A stretch of 64,000 nt of DNA from Candidatus Latescibacterota bacterium (GTDB taxonomy: Bacteria; Latescibacterota; UBA2968; GCA-2709665). Every line of letters starts with the position of its first letter. The first letter of the stretch is position 1. Below, piece by piece: positions 1 to 9,731 of this stretch. The stretch lies in NCBI GenBank assembly GCA_965219455.1, contig OZ244744.1:4576001-4640000 (forward strand), written 5' to 3'. The notes beneath the pieces are model-generated. The model worked only from the letters and a program-made list of their open reading frames with translations, made no database searches and had not been told where the DNA came from. The position numbers and the translations under genes were made by a program.

Positions 1-255
1 AACTGACCGATATCCGTCAGGTCCCACCGCTGATCCATGAGCTTATGCAAACTTAGTACTGTTTCAATTAAGTTTCTTGCGTTCAATTCCACCCGTTACG
101 GACGAAAAGCTTGAGGGGTAGGATTTGGGTGGAATGGATTTCTGATCTCCGGAAAGAGTGGGTGGACTCCGGCAGTGAAATCGGCTGACGTACATCAAGT
201 TAACTGACAGTGAGGTCATCCTTCTGTTTGTCCGGGGAACTGGAAATCGCACATC

Positions 256-345
256 ATATATCACAGCAATTCCCACTGCGCGCCATTCGGCGCTTGGCCA
301 AACGGCACAGCCCTTCGGGCTGTCGGGAATTGTCTAACGTTAACA
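256..345 (+). repeat. attC-like site (variant left core ATATATC)
   Basis: cACatcataTATC-ac-agcaattccc...gggaattg-tctaac-GTTAACA; internal cagcccttcgggctg hairpin. Confidence 0.65.
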
Positions 346-550
346 GAAAGCACGCGCCAAAGTCAAAACAGGCGGCCGTCCCGGCCGCCAGGAAAATCTT
401 TGAACCACTTCTCTTGCTTGATGGATTTGTTCTACAGCGAATGAGCTATACGGAGTTTTTTCGACCAGATTTTTCCGTAAAGGCAAGAGTTGGCGGCGAG
501 AAGACCAATATGAGTGCACAATAAGTGAAAGGCTACCCGGTGACGGTCAA

Positions 551-1426
551 ATGAAGCTACACATTCTCGGTAACGGTGGTCCGCGTCCCAGCCGTATGGG
601 TGAACGCTACGGGTGTTCCTGCATTCTCGAGATCGGTGACGATCGTATCATGGTTGATTGCGGCCCCGGCACCACCTACAAGATGGCACGCATGGGAATG
701 AGTCCTACACAGGTGAATTCGGTTTTCCTAACTCACCATCATTCGGATCATATCGTTGATTTCCCGTGTTTTGCCTTGCTACGGTTCGATCTAGACCCCG
801 GCGATCTTCCTCCCCTCAGAGTCTTTGGTCCGCCTCCGACTGTCGAATTCGTCGATCGCCTTTTTGGCAAGGACGGCGCCTTCCTTTCCGACGTCGTTGC
901 GCGTCGAGAACACCACATCAGCCACCACGGGCACGTGGGGAGAGGCGGAACGCTTCCCCGTCCGGGCATGAAGGTCGATGTATCCGACATCAGTTCGGGA
1001 GCGGTTGTCGAGGGGAAAGGTTGGAAGGCGACGGCTGTACAGGTTCCTCATGTCGAGCCTTACCTAACCGAGCTAGCGTACCGGATCGATACGGATAGCG
1101 GCAGCGTACTCTTCCTGTGCGATGCAGCGGACTGTCCCGAACTGAGGCCATTGGCCAGGGGGGTTGATACATTCGTTACGGGGCTCTCTATGCGCAATTT
1201 CAAGGAGAATGACGAAGATGCTTCGCATCCGATCCGGGGCGTCAGCGCGGACATATCAGAGGTCGTTGACATCGCTAATGAAGCTGGAATATCGAGGGTC
1301 GTGGTCATCCACTGCGGTTCGCCGCGCAGTGAGGACATCGTCGGCAGGCTCCGCCGAGGCTACCATGGGAATGGATATAGCGGTTGTATCGTGCGTCCTG
1401 ACGAGCTTACGACTGTTGAGATATAG
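551..1426 (+). CDS. MBL-fold metallo-hydrolase (RNase Z/AtsA-like)
   Basis: LGNGG start, VDCGPG, THHHSDH metal-binding motif. Confidence 0.88.
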   Translation: MKLHILGNGGPRPSRMGERYGCSCILEIGDDRIMVDCGPGTTYKMARMGMSPTQVNSVFLTHHHSDHIVDFPCFALLRFDLDPGDLPPLRVFGPPPTVEFVDRLFGKDGAFLSDVVARREHHISHHGHVGRGGTLPRPGMKVDVSDISSGAVVEGKGWKATAVQVPHVEPYLTELAYRIDTDSGSVLFLCDAADCPELRPLARGVDTFVTGLSMRNFKENDEDASHPIRGVSADISEVVDIANEAGISRVVVIHCGSPRSEDIVGRLRRGYHGNGYSGCIVRPDELTTVEI

Positions 1427-1688
1427 GTTGTGTAAGAGCGAGGAATCGGCCTTAACCCGGCACGGATAATTGATCTTCGACATTCTACCGTATGTTGGGG
1501 ATTTCTATGGAGCAGCTGTGGCGCCTGGCGCAAGAAACCCAACACCCCCACCCAGAAAATCGCGCACAAGAAACAATAACCACTCCATCCTGATTTCTTC
1601 ACAGCGAATGGATTTACCTCTCGATCTCATTGTAAGCTCTGCGAGCTCACGCGAAGATCAGGGAGTAATTCAATACCAGGAGAAACCA

Positions 1689-3146
1689 ATGACGGACGAG
1701 AAAGCGGCCTTCCTATTCATCGACAATACGTTAATCGAGAATCTCGACGGCGTCGTGCAAGGGGTCGTACCCGCAAAGAAGGCTTCGCAACAGCCGCTGA
1801 TTGAGAAGGATCGGGCCTGGGAAGAGGAGTGGCTGATCGGCGGCTACGTCAACGTCCTGTACGACGACGACGAAGATATCTTCAAGATGTGGTACGGCGT
1901 GGGCCGAAGATTGAGCGAAGCGCGTGGCGACGTGGCGGACGGACTGGCCTACGCCGTGTCCCAAGACGGGATCCACTGGGAAAAACCCGTCCTCAACCTC
2001 GTCGAGGACAGCGGCAGCAAAGAGAATAACCTGGTCTTTCCCTTTTTGAGGTGGGGGGCCGGGACAGGCGTCATGAAAGACCCCATCGAAACAGACCCAG
2101 CCAAGCGCTACAAGATGCTCTTTATGTTCCAGAGCGGAGACATGATATTCGCCGGCATTGTCCAGCCGGTCTGTGTGGCGTATTCTGCCGACGGAATTCA
2201 TTGGAACGTGCCCCAACGCTGGCTCAACCCGGTCATTCCACAGGGCTCGGATACCCACCTGGTCGCATATTGGGATGCAAAAATTCACCGCTACGTCGTT
2301 TATCTGCGGGGCCGGCCTAACGTGCGCATCATTTGCATGGCCGAGAGCGATGATTTCGAAAACTGGACCCCGCGCAAGATCATCGTCGCACCCGATGAGC
2401 ACGATCCCCCGCAGGACCAGGAGTTTTACGGCATGAGTTCGCTGGCGTATCGCGACTTTCGTATCGGCTTCCTGTCCGTGTTTCACACGCTCCACGAGGG
2501 GTGGATCGCCCGAAACCGGATCGAAGATTGGATGCCCGAATGGATGAACCGGATGGACATTCAGTTGACCTACTCGAAGAACGGCCGGACCTGGCATCGG
2601 GCGGGCAACCGTGAACCCATTCTGGAATGTGGCCCCCGCGGTAGCCACGACAGTGGAAATGTCTATCCGTCTCATGCCCCCTTTGTCCGTGGCGACGAGA
2701 TCTGGGTCTATCACAGCTGCTCAAACGAATTGCACGGCGAGGGGACGCGCTACGGCGAAGAATCCCGGCGGGGAATCAATCTGGCAAAGATCGAAAAGGA
2801 TCGGCTGGTCTGTCTGAAGACGGAGGCGCAGGGGGTCGTGACCACGGTCCCGCTGAGTATCGAGCCCAATGCATTGTGGATCAACGCCGATGCGACCGGC
2901 GGGTCACTGCGAGTGGAGATAGTCGATCCGTTTGACCGGGTCGTGCCGGGTTTTGGCAAAGAAGACTGCAGACTCTTCTCAGCGAATGAAACAGAATACC
3001 GGGTACAATGGAAAAGCGATCCGCAAGGCGCAGTCGGGGATAAAGAGGGTGGGCTCGAAGAGAAGATGGTCTCACAGGCACGCGGGGGGGTCAAGGTCAA
3101 AGTGTACCTTGACCGCGCCAAGCTATTTGCTCTTTATGCGTCCTAA
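1689..3146 (+). CDS. Beta-propeller glycoside hydrolase-like protein (GH32/GH43 clan-like)
   Basis: Repeated S-x-DG-x-x-W Asp boxes, FKMWY, RYKM; AGGAG RBS before ATG 1689 (ORF-track start 1470 is over-extended). Confidence 0.7.
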   Translation: MTDEKAAFLFIDNTLIENLDGVVQGVVPAKKASQQPLIEKDRAWEEEWLIGGYVNVLYDDDEDIFKMWYGVGRRLSEARGDVADGLAYAVSQDGIHWEKPVLNLVEDSGSKENNLVFPFLRWGAGTGVMKDPIETDPAKRYKMLFMFQSGDMIFAGIVQPVCVAYSADGIHWNVPQRWLNPVIPQGSDTHLVAYWDAKIHRYVVYLRGRPNVRIICMAESDDFENWTPRKIIVAPDEHDPPQDQEFYGMSSLAYRDFRIGFLSVFHTLHEGWIARNRIEDWMPEWMNRMDIQLTYSKNGRTWHRAGNREPILECGPRGSHDSGNVYPSHAPFVRGDEIWVYHSCSNELHGEGTRYGEESRRGINLAKIEKDRLVCLKTEAQGVVTTVPLSIEPNALWINADATGGSLRVEIVDPFDRVVPGFGKEDCRLFSANETEYRVQWKSDPQGAVGDKEGGLEEKMVSQARGGVKVKVYLDRAKLFALYAS

Positions 3147-3267
3147 AGCCATTTGGGGGTTCAACAATCATCCACGGCGAATAAACTGCATCAAGTTTTT
3201 CGGCTACGAATGGAATATGCCGAACTTTCTACGCAGAATCACAAGTCAGGCCGTACGGAGGTCCACT

Positions 3268-4395
3268 ATGAAGTGGGAACTGCTGCATCCGGACCAGGAG
3301 CAAGCCGAGGATGTACCCTGTAAGCGGGCGGCCTTCGGCGGGATGTTGAGCTACAATGGATGCGTCTACCTGTTCGGGGGGATAAAAGTGATGTACGGCC
3401 GGCCGAAAGGGCCTGGAGATCTTTCCGTCCAGGGCTCATTGAACGACCTGTGGCGCTACGACCCGGGTCGAGGCCGGTGGACGCGGTTGGAAGACCACGA
3501 TGGGCGCATCGGGTTCAGTCCGTCCGATACCAGACCGTGTACTCGGAAGCTCACGACCTGGCTGCCCGTGAACGGCAGGCTCTATCTTTTTGGAGGGTCC
3601 TCGGTGCGGGGCCCCGGCAAAGGGGCGATCAAGCTGAACGATCTCTGGGCCTACGATCCGAAGACAGCCTCGTGGGAGCTGATAGAGCCCGACGACGGGC
3701 GCGCATCAGGAATAACGGCGGATGGGCATCGTCCCGCCGGGTCGGGCGGGATGGGGGCGGCCGTTCTGGGTGATTACCTGTACCTGATGGGGGGACATGG
3801 CGCGATGACGCACGCACAGCTGTGGACCTACAAGGCGCCGGCCGGGAAATGGGAGCACCTGGGGCCTGCGTCGAATGGGCGCAACGGTTGGCCGCCGAAA
3901 CGATACTGTCCCGTGCTGGCCGGCTGGAACGGCAGGCTCTACCTGTGGGGCGGTCGGGACAGTCAGGGTCGAGCGCCGGAGTTCTACAACGATCTGTGGG
4001 AATACGATCCCGACGGAGGCGCCTGGACCTGCATTCAGGAGAACCGGGCAGATGACGTTGCACGGCCTTCCCCTCGGTACGGGCTGGGATACGCTGTGAT
4101 CGGAGATCACCTGTATCTGTTCGGAGGATTTGCAGGAGGGGAAGGGGAGCACCCCCAGCTGAACGATCTGTGGCAGTACGATCTTCGTGCCGGCCGGTGG
4201 GACTGTCTATATCCACACAACGGTGCGGAGGATTGCTCTGCTGGCGCCGAACGTCCCGGTGTCAGGCGAATCCCCGTTATGACAGTGGGGGGCGAGTCCG
4301 TCTATCTCTTCGGGGGGCTGGACCTGGCTACCGGGCCGCACGGGGACGGGCCGCTGGCGGCGTACAACGATTTCTGGCGCGGAACACCGGCCTGA
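3268..4395 (+). CDS. Kelch-repeat beta-propeller protein, copy 1
   Basis: Repeated LYLFGG...NDLWxYD units; GGAGG before ATG 3268. Confidence 0.9.
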   Translation: MKWELLHPDQEQAEDVPCKRAAFGGMLSYNGCVYLFGGIKVMYGRPKGPGDLSVQGSLNDLWRYDPGRGRWTRLEDHDGRIGFSPSDTRPCTRKLTTWLPVNGRLYLFGGSSVRGPGKGAIKLNDLWAYDPKTASWELIEPDDGRASGITADGHRPAGSGGMGAAVLGDYLYLMGGHGAMTHAQLWTYKAPAGKWEHLGPASNGRNGWPPKRYCPVLAGWNGRLYLWGGRDSQGRAPEFYNDLWEYDPDGGAWTCIQENRADDVARPSPRYGLGYAVIGDHLYLFGGFAGGEGEHPQLNDLWQYDLRAGRWDCLYPHNGAEDCSAGAERPGVRRIPVMTVGGESVYLFGGLDLATGPHGDGPLAAYNDFWRGTPA

Positions 4396-4424
4396 CAGGG
4401 CATTTCTTAAAGGAGATTCCGTAG

Positions 4425-4476
4425 TTGCATGCGAAGACCGAAGTCAATCCGATCCAGTTCGAGGTGATCCGCAACG
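4425..4476 (+). pseudogene. Hydantoinase B/oxoprolinase N-terminal fragment (17 codons)
   Basis: AGGAG RBS, TTG start, HAKTEVNPIQFEVIRN, then an abrupt break. Confidence 0.65.
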
Positions 4477-4479
4477 GAT

Positions 4480-4929
4480 GATCATCAAGGTGATGGACGT
4501 TTGCGCCTTGTGGACGACGTGAGGCAGTCGTTCCATGACAAAGTGATCCGTCTGACCATAATCGGGCGAGGTGGGCCATTGCAGGAATTGGAAGGCGCAA
4601 TCAAAACAAGGTGCAATGGTGCGGTGGAGACACATTGCTTCGAGAATTGGTATTCTCCTGGATGGTACTGGTTGACAGTGCACGATGAGAAGGCCACAAA
4701 AGACCAGGCTATTCGCATTGTGATGCGAGAGTGGGGTCTGGAAGGATCAGAGCTAGTGGTGTTCGGAGATGGTGACAACGATATTCGTATGCTTCAAATG
4801 GCTGACCGCGCGATTGTCGTCTCGAATGCAACAGATGAAGTGAAGAGGCATGCCACCGAAGTGATTGGCAGCAACAACGAGGATAGCGTTGCGAAGTTCA
4901 TTCGGGAGGATTGGACAGGGGCTGCCTAA
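4480..4929 (+). pseudogene. Cof-type HAD hydrolase, C-terminal half only
   Basis: KATKDQAI...VFGDGDNDIRML...SNA motifs; N-terminal DxD motif absent; stop TAA lies in the attC core. Confidence 0.8.
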
Positions 4930-5080
4930 CACACGCTGCACCCGACCTGGCTATCGGACTGGCACTCAAAGCACTCGAAGCCGGCCATCGCGTCTACTTC
5001 ATCACCCTTCACGACCTCGTCGCAATGCGCCAATCCGGCTTCCCCGGGCCAGTCCCCTTCGCAGACGCCAAACGTTAGCT
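4924..5080 (+). repeat. attC-like site with an internal IstB-like patch
   Basis: GCCTAAC...gcgccaatccggct...aacGTTAGCT; 3' part matches the 12150-12301 site. Confidence 0.75.
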
Positions 5081-5109
5081 GCAATCAGACTCCGAGCCAA
5101 TCTGACAAC

Positions 5110-5430
5110 ATGAGCCTTCCAGGTTACAGCACGGGAATCCATCCTATTCTCAGCTTGCATTCAATGCGTCGGGGATCCCCTGGGGTCGTCTTGACCATGG
5201 ATACAATATGGCGAGAACTCGAAGGGAAGGATGCGGATAAGTATGGCGAGTTCTGTAGGTTTGCCAGAGAGTATCCGAGGTGTTACAGGTACCCTCTGGA
5301 ATGTGCCGACTTCCGACTAAGGACCATCCACAACCTCTGCAAGTCGGCGCACAAGGGACTTTCAACAATGCAGGAGCCGAAATTTGAGTCCTTTGAGGTG
5401 TCGATCGGCAATGTCAGGGTACAGCGATAA
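5110..5430 (+). pseudogene. Hypothetical cassette ORF, probably 3'-truncated
   Basis: Starts after attC; its stop is supplied by a 69-bp module also found at 35750. Confidence 0.4.
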
Positions 5431-5477
5431 TTTCAGAGCGAGACAAAATTCCAATGGTGTGCGTTGAAGGTCAGCCG

Positions 5478-5577
5478 CTCTAATGCTTCGCTCTATCGGG
5501 GAGCGCTGCTGTCGCGACGCTCCGTCGGCCATTCGGCAACCCGCTACGCGGATGCGCGAGTGGCCAGAAGGTTAGAC
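5478..5577 (+). repeat. attC-like site (left end degenerate)
   Basis: ggccattcggcaacccgctacgcgg...GTTAGAC. Confidence 0.6.
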
Positions 5578-5640
5578 GAAAGGCAGCAATGGCGTCGAGT
5601 CAGGCCCGTGGATTGGGACGCGGGGCAGGATATTTGCGGC

Positions 5641-5666
5641 ATATCGCTTATTACGATATATTATGT
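5641..5666 (+). promoter_or_regulatory. Putative TA operator/-10 region
   Basis: Palindrome atatcg-cttatta-cgatat overlapping TATTAT just upstream of higB. Confidence 0.4.
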
Positions 5667-5668
5667 AG

Positions 5669-5956
5669 GTGCACGTAATCTCACGCAAAGCCCTCCGAGC
5701 GTTTTGGGCACGGCATCCCGAAAGCGAGAAGCCTCTGAGTCGCTGGTTCAAGATCATGCGGCAAACTCAGTTTGGGAGTTTCGCGGCATTGCGCCACACC
5801 TTTCCTTCGGCCGACAAGGTCGGCGAATTCGTTGTGTTCAACATCGCCGGCAGCAAGTAACGTCTTATTGTATCTATACACTTCAACCGGGGCAAAGTAT
5901 ACATCCGTCATGTGCTTACACACCAAGCCTACGACCGTGGAGGATGGAGGACATGA
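5669..5956 (+). pseudogene. higB: HigB-family toxin with an in-frame nonsense codon (TAA 5858-5860)
   Basis: VISRKAL...VFNIAGSK*RLIVSIHFNRGKVYIRHVLTHQAYDRGGW; the frame continues past the stop. Confidence 0.88.
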
Positions 5957-6351
5957 GTGTCATTACCCCACAGCTTCAGCGATCCTGGACGCAAGTGAGT
6001 GCGTTACTCAAGATTCAGAATGAGCAGGAATACGACCTGGCCCTGGCGCGGCTCAACAGCCTGATCGATGAAGTAGGCACTGATGAACGGCATCCGCTTT
6101 ATTCTCTGCTCGATACGTTGGGCACCATTGTCCACGCTTGGGAAGAACAACACCATTCCATGCCCAGGTTGGAGGGCGCCGATCCACTCCGGCTTCTCAT
6201 CGAGGAGCATGAATTGACCCAGTCGGATTTGCCGGAGGTGGGTTCGCAAGGGGTGGTTTCTGAGATTCTGGAAGGTAAGCGAGAGCTAAACGTCCGGCAG
6301 ATACGTGCTTTGTCCAGGCGATTTGGCGTCTCGCCCTCAGTATTCGTATAG
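5953..6351 (+). CDS. higA: HigA-family HTH antitoxin
   Basis: ATGA overlap with the toxin; LTQSDLPEVGSQGVVSEILEGKRELNVRQIRALS HTH. Confidence 0.9.
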   Translation: MSVITPQLQRSWTQVSALLKIQNEQEYDLALARLNSLIDEVGTDERHPLYSLLDTLGTIVHAWEEQHHSMPRLEGADPLRLLIEEHELTQSDLPEVGSQGVVSEILEGKRELNVRQIRALSRRFGVSPSVFV

Positions 6352-6387
6352 GCCAAGGTGTAGGGACATTCTCCGAAACTGCCCGAG

Positions 6388-6470
6388 GTCTAACACCGTG
6401 CCCCCGCCTTCGGGTTTACGCCCGTCCCCCAACCTGCTTCGCAGGTTCACGGCCCGTGAGATCGTTGACT
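6388..6470 (+). repeat. attC-like site
   Basis: GTCTAACaccgtgccccc...aacctgcttcgcaggtt...GTTGACT; close to 31392 site. Confidence 0.8.
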
Positions 6471-6566
6471 GCACGCAAGAAATCAAAGAATGGCACACAC
6501 CGACTACCGTGGGGTTCCTTTTTCGTATGTCATAATAACTTTTTCACAAAGCAATGTGGGGACTGG

Positions 6567-6998
6567 ATGGATGAAACGAAATGTGTTTTCTGTGAGATCG
6601 TGGAAGGAACTAAGAGCGCAAGGATTGTATACGAGACGGACTCTGTCATCGCGATGATAGATCCAAGGCAAGCAATTCCTGGGCACATTCTGGTCATTCC
6701 CAAAGAGCACTTTCAGGACATCTATGCCCTGTCAGAGGAAGCAGGATTCGGGATTATGAAAGCTATGATCCTACTTTCTCAAACCGTCAAAAAAGCATTC
6801 GCGCTTGACGGATTAAGCATATGGCAGAGCAATGGGCCAGGCGCTCACCAGGAAGTCCCCCATGTGCATTTTCATATCCACCCAAGGATGATAGACGATG
6901 GTTTATTGAGAGTTTATCCACGGTGGTTAGATCGTCTACCTGATCAAGAGTTGGATTCATATGCAGAACGGATCAGGCAAGCTCTGATCGACAACTGA
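6567..6998 (+). CDS. HIT family hydrolase
   Basis: CVFCEI, PGHILVIPK, HVHFHI triad. Confidence 0.92.
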   Translation: MDETKCVFCEIVEGTKSARIVYETDSVIAMIDPRQAIPGHILVIPKEHFQDIYALSEEAGFGIMKAMILLSQTVKKAFALDGLSIWQSNGPGAHQEVPHVHFHIHPRMIDDGLLRVYPRWLDRLPDQELDSYAERIRQALIDN

Positions 6999-7012
6999 CG
7001 AACTATGCATAC

Positions 7013-7081
7013 TGCTGGATTTCAAGTGCATTGTCAGCCCGTATAATGTGTATGCCCACGACGGTAATTGGGCTGAGGGAG
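7013..7081 (+). repeat. 69-bp copy of an internal segment of the FMN reductase gene (31201-31269)
   Basis: tgctggatttcaagtgc...ctgagggag, one mismatch. Confidence 0.9.
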
Positions 7082-7306
7082 TATCACGTGTGGAATGATG
7101 ATCCAAGGAAGGCGACTGCCTCCACGGATTTTGTTCATGGCTTTGTAGGACGGGAGGACGCGGTGAGCTATCAAGACAAGGCTCTCGATGATATTGTTGA
7201 ATGGATGCGGTTCGAGTGAGTGGCGATATTTGAGACTTGGGATTTCAGTTTCACGACTAAATTGCTCCCGTTTTTTGTGCCCCAATGGGTTGGCGAAATC
7301 CGATAG

Positions 7307-7567
7307 CACAGGGAGAGGTCGGTACAGACCGCGTTTGACCGGGCTTGCGAGAGAGCGAAAATTGTCCAGCGGATACCGACGCTACGGCATTCCTTTGCGA
7401 CACACCTGCTTGAACGCGGGACGGACCTGCGATATATCCAGGTGTTGCTCGGGCACGTAAGACCAAAGACCACACAGATCTATACTCGGGTGACGAATGG
7501 GGATCTCGCGAAAATCCAGAGCCCGCTGGATGCATTGATGGAAGAAAGGGAGGCAGTTTTTGATTAG
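7307..7567 (+). pseudogene. intI: Tyrosine recombinase (integron integrase-like) C-terminal remnant
   Basis: Not in the ORF track; reads [60 protein letters not shown]...IQSPLDAL; HxLRH has become PTLRH; N-terminus lost. Confidence 0.85.
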
Positions 7568-7583
7568 AGACCCACCATAGGAA

Positions 7584-7697
7584 GCATTCCTGAACATGTT
7601 CGGGCTACAAGCTTCAGCGTGGAATGTTCCCGAACGTTCGCAGATCTTCGGATCAGGTACGCATTACCGTAACTGTTCGGTAATACCGTAGTTAGCA
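7584..7697 (+). promoter_or_regulatory. attI-like site 1, downstream of the integrase remnant
   Basis: Homologous to 27547-27659 up to taataccgtaGTTA, then diverges; bases after GTT pair with the cassette end at 12142-12156. Confidence 0.75.
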
Positions 7698-7826
7698 GAA
7701 ATCGCCCCCACCACCCCCAGAAGAACCGTGATTGCGTGCAAAAATAGCCCCACCCTCCCCACCATCAACACTCGTTCCTATACTTGGATTTATGCGACAG
7801 CGGAGAAATCCCGAGTCAGATCTTCC

Positions 7827-9535
7827 CTAGCGCGGCTTCGCTTTGCTCAGCCGCAACCAAATAGGTGGTAGTCAAGAGCAGATAGTTTTAGGGTATGCAA
7901 AACGGCGTTCATCCCCTATGATGGTGGTACCCACCGCCATCAATGGAAGGAGGAACGCCGTGAAAGACTTCGTGGACCAATGTAGTGAAAAAATCACCGG
8001 AGTGGTATCCTGTTTTGATCGGGTTCTGTTCAAAGGGTACCTGCCGCTGGGATTTGGAACTGCGATGGAGCGGTTCATCAGCAATCAGGGTTTATTGTTG
8101 AAGGACTTCAAGCGTTTTGTGATGACGCATTCCGATACGATCAAAGCCCACGCGGAGGCGATGGCAAACAAGCACGAGCGCCCGTTCATCTATCTGCAAC
8201 GCAACACCATCAGGAAAGAGGACGAAGCGCGACGGTTGGCAAAACACGATGGGATCACGCAAGGCCTGGTCTGTGTGTTTCGGGCCCTGGAAGGCTGCCA
8301 GAGTTTCAAGCTGGTTCCAGGGGAAGGAAGGCCTCGCCTGATCAACGCACAACGGAAATGCCTATGCTACTACTTTTACTGGATTGACCGGGAGTTCGGG
8401 TTGATGCATATCCGCATCCAGTCCTGGTTCCCGCTGGTGGTGCAGATCTGTCTCAATGGCCACGAGTTCTTGGCGCGCAAGCTCGAGCAACACGGCATCG
8501 CCTATGAAAAATCAGACAACGCTTTTCTATGGATTGCCGATGTGGACCGGGCGCAACGCTTTGCCGATCGTTTTGTGGGCAAGAATTGGCCGCGCATTCT
8601 CTCGGCGTTCGCCCGCAAGGTCAACCCCCTGCTCAAAGACCTGCTTTCGGGCATGGACTACTACTGGGTCGTTGACCAAGCCGAGTTCGCCACCGACGTG
8701 ATGTTCCAAAGCCCCCACGCCCTGAAGGTGCTGTATGAAAACCTGCTCAGACACACGGTGCTGTGCTTCTCTCCCCAGGACATCTTGACCTTCCTGGGCC
8801 GCAAACTCCACGGCAATTTTCAGGGCGAAGTCCTCACGGACTTCAAAAACAAACGCCACAAAGGCGCAAGAGTCAAACACCGGATGTGCGAGAACTGGAT
8901 TAAAATGTACGACAAACACGGGTGCGTACTACGCGTCGAAACAGTGATCAACCATCCAAGGCAGTTCAAGGTCCGCCGCTGGGGCATACGGCGAGGACAA
9001 CGCGTGATGGGCTGGTATCCCATGGCCAAAGGCGTGGCCAACCTCTACCGCTATCGGGAAATCTCGTTGACGGCCAACCAACGCTACTTTCAGGCGCTGT
9101 CCGCAGCCCCTGACGCCGCTACCGGACATCAAAGCCTCACCACACTGGCGCGGCCACGCAGGCACAAGGGACGTACCTATCGGGGCTTCAACCCCGCCGA
9201 CCCTGCCGACCTCGCCCTGTTTACCGCTGTGTTGAAAGGCGAACACGCCCTGATGGGCTTCCGCAACCAGGACATCCGAACACACCTCTTCCAACATCCA
9301 GCATCCCTGCTGCAACGCACTCGGCACGCCAATGCCACCAGCCGCCGCCTCAAACGCCTACACGTCCGCGGCCTTATTGCAAAAATCCCACGGTCCAGAC
9401 GGTGGCGCGTCACACCCGAAGGGCACAAAATACTCGCCTTGTCTTTGACCCTTTACCATCAACACCCTACAACTAAACAAGCAGCATGAATAATTATCTA
9501 CGCATTTTGCGTAGAAGTCACACTGTAAGACTCTA
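7827..9535 (+). mobile_element. IS-like element with subterminal hairpins and no terminal inverted repeats
   Basis: gcggct...agccgc(aaccaaa) hairpin at left, tctacgca-ttt-tgcgtaga at right, CTA at both junctions; lies inside a cassette defined by matched ends; boundaries approximate. Confidence 0.6.
7960..9489 (+). CDS. Putative transposase of an unclassified family with C-terminal winged HTH
   Basis: GGAGG then GTG 7960; SCFDRVLFKG, WIKMYDK..LRVETVIN, GFRNQDIR...RLHVRGLIAKIPRSRRWRVT. Confidence 0.65.
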   Translation: MKDFVDQCSEKITGVVSCFDRVLFKGYLPLGFGTAMERFISNQGLLLKDFKRFVMTHSDTIKAHAEAMANKHERPFIYLQRNTIRKEDEARRLAKHDGITQGLVCVFRALEGCQSFKLVPGEGRPRLINAQRKCLCYYFYWIDREFGLMHIRIQSWFPLVVQICLNGHEFLARKLEQHGIAYEKSDNAFLWIADVDRAQRFADRFVGKNWPRILSAFARKVNPLLKDLLSGMDYYWVVDQAEFATDVMFQSPHALKVLYENLLRHTVLCFSPQDILTFLGRKLHGNFQGEVLTDFKNKRHKGARVKHRMCENWIKMYDKHGCVLRVETVINHPRQFKVRRWGIRRGQRVMGWYPMAKGVANLYRYREISLTANQRYFQALSAAPDAATGHQSLTTLARPRRHKGRTYRGFNPADPADLALFTAVLKGEHALMGFRNQDIRTHLFQHPASLLQRTRHANATSRRLKRLHVRGLIAKIPRSRRWRVTPEGHKILALSLTLYHQHPTTKQAA

Positions 9536-9594
9536 AATCCAAAGCTCGAGATAATTATCAACCATTCGATTGACCGAAAACAAGGGAGGCGAGA

Positions 9595-9711
9595 ATGTTC
9601 GGCATAGGTCTTTGGGAAATCCTGCTTGTCCTCCTCTTGGGCATGATAGGTTTCTGGCTGTGGATGCTCATTGAATGTGCAGTTAAGGAACCGTCCACTA
9701 AACTGGGGTAA
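9595..9711 (+). pseudogene. PLDc_N-like small membrane protein, N-terminal half
   Basis: GGAGG RBS; MFGIGLWEILLVLLLGMIGFWLWMLIECAVKEPST; continues at 11470. Confidence 0.65.
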
Positions 9712-9731
9712 CCCCAGAGAGAGGTGACGCG

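Larger units (their letters stand above)
3170..4476 (+). repeat. ~1.3 kb direct duplication (near-identical to 15350-16656)
   Basis: Shared from tccacggcgaataaactg to gaggtgatccgcaacg with scattered substitutions. Confidence 0.95.

Noticed and set aside
1-212. Possible IS end (aagttaactgacagtg)
   Set aside because: No partner repeat or transposase is visible in the window.
1731-2714. Long antisense ORFs (also 14203-15045, 32586-33359, 48415-49320, 58419-59300)
   Set aside because: Shadows of GC-rich + strand genes with no motifs.
2932-3267. N-terminal extension of the kelch ORF
   Set aside because: It overlaps the upstream gene and is absent from copy 2; the RBS supports ATG 3268.
7188-7460. 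ORF-track 90-aa protein
   Set aside because: It is an alternative frame over the integrase remnant, which carries the recognisable motifs.
7588-7640. LexA box in the attI-like site (GAACATGTTC, CGAACGTTCG)
   Set aside because: Half-site spacing is 2 or 0 bp rather than GAAC-N4-GTTC, and the first palindrome is not kept in copy 2; more likely integrase-binding repeats.
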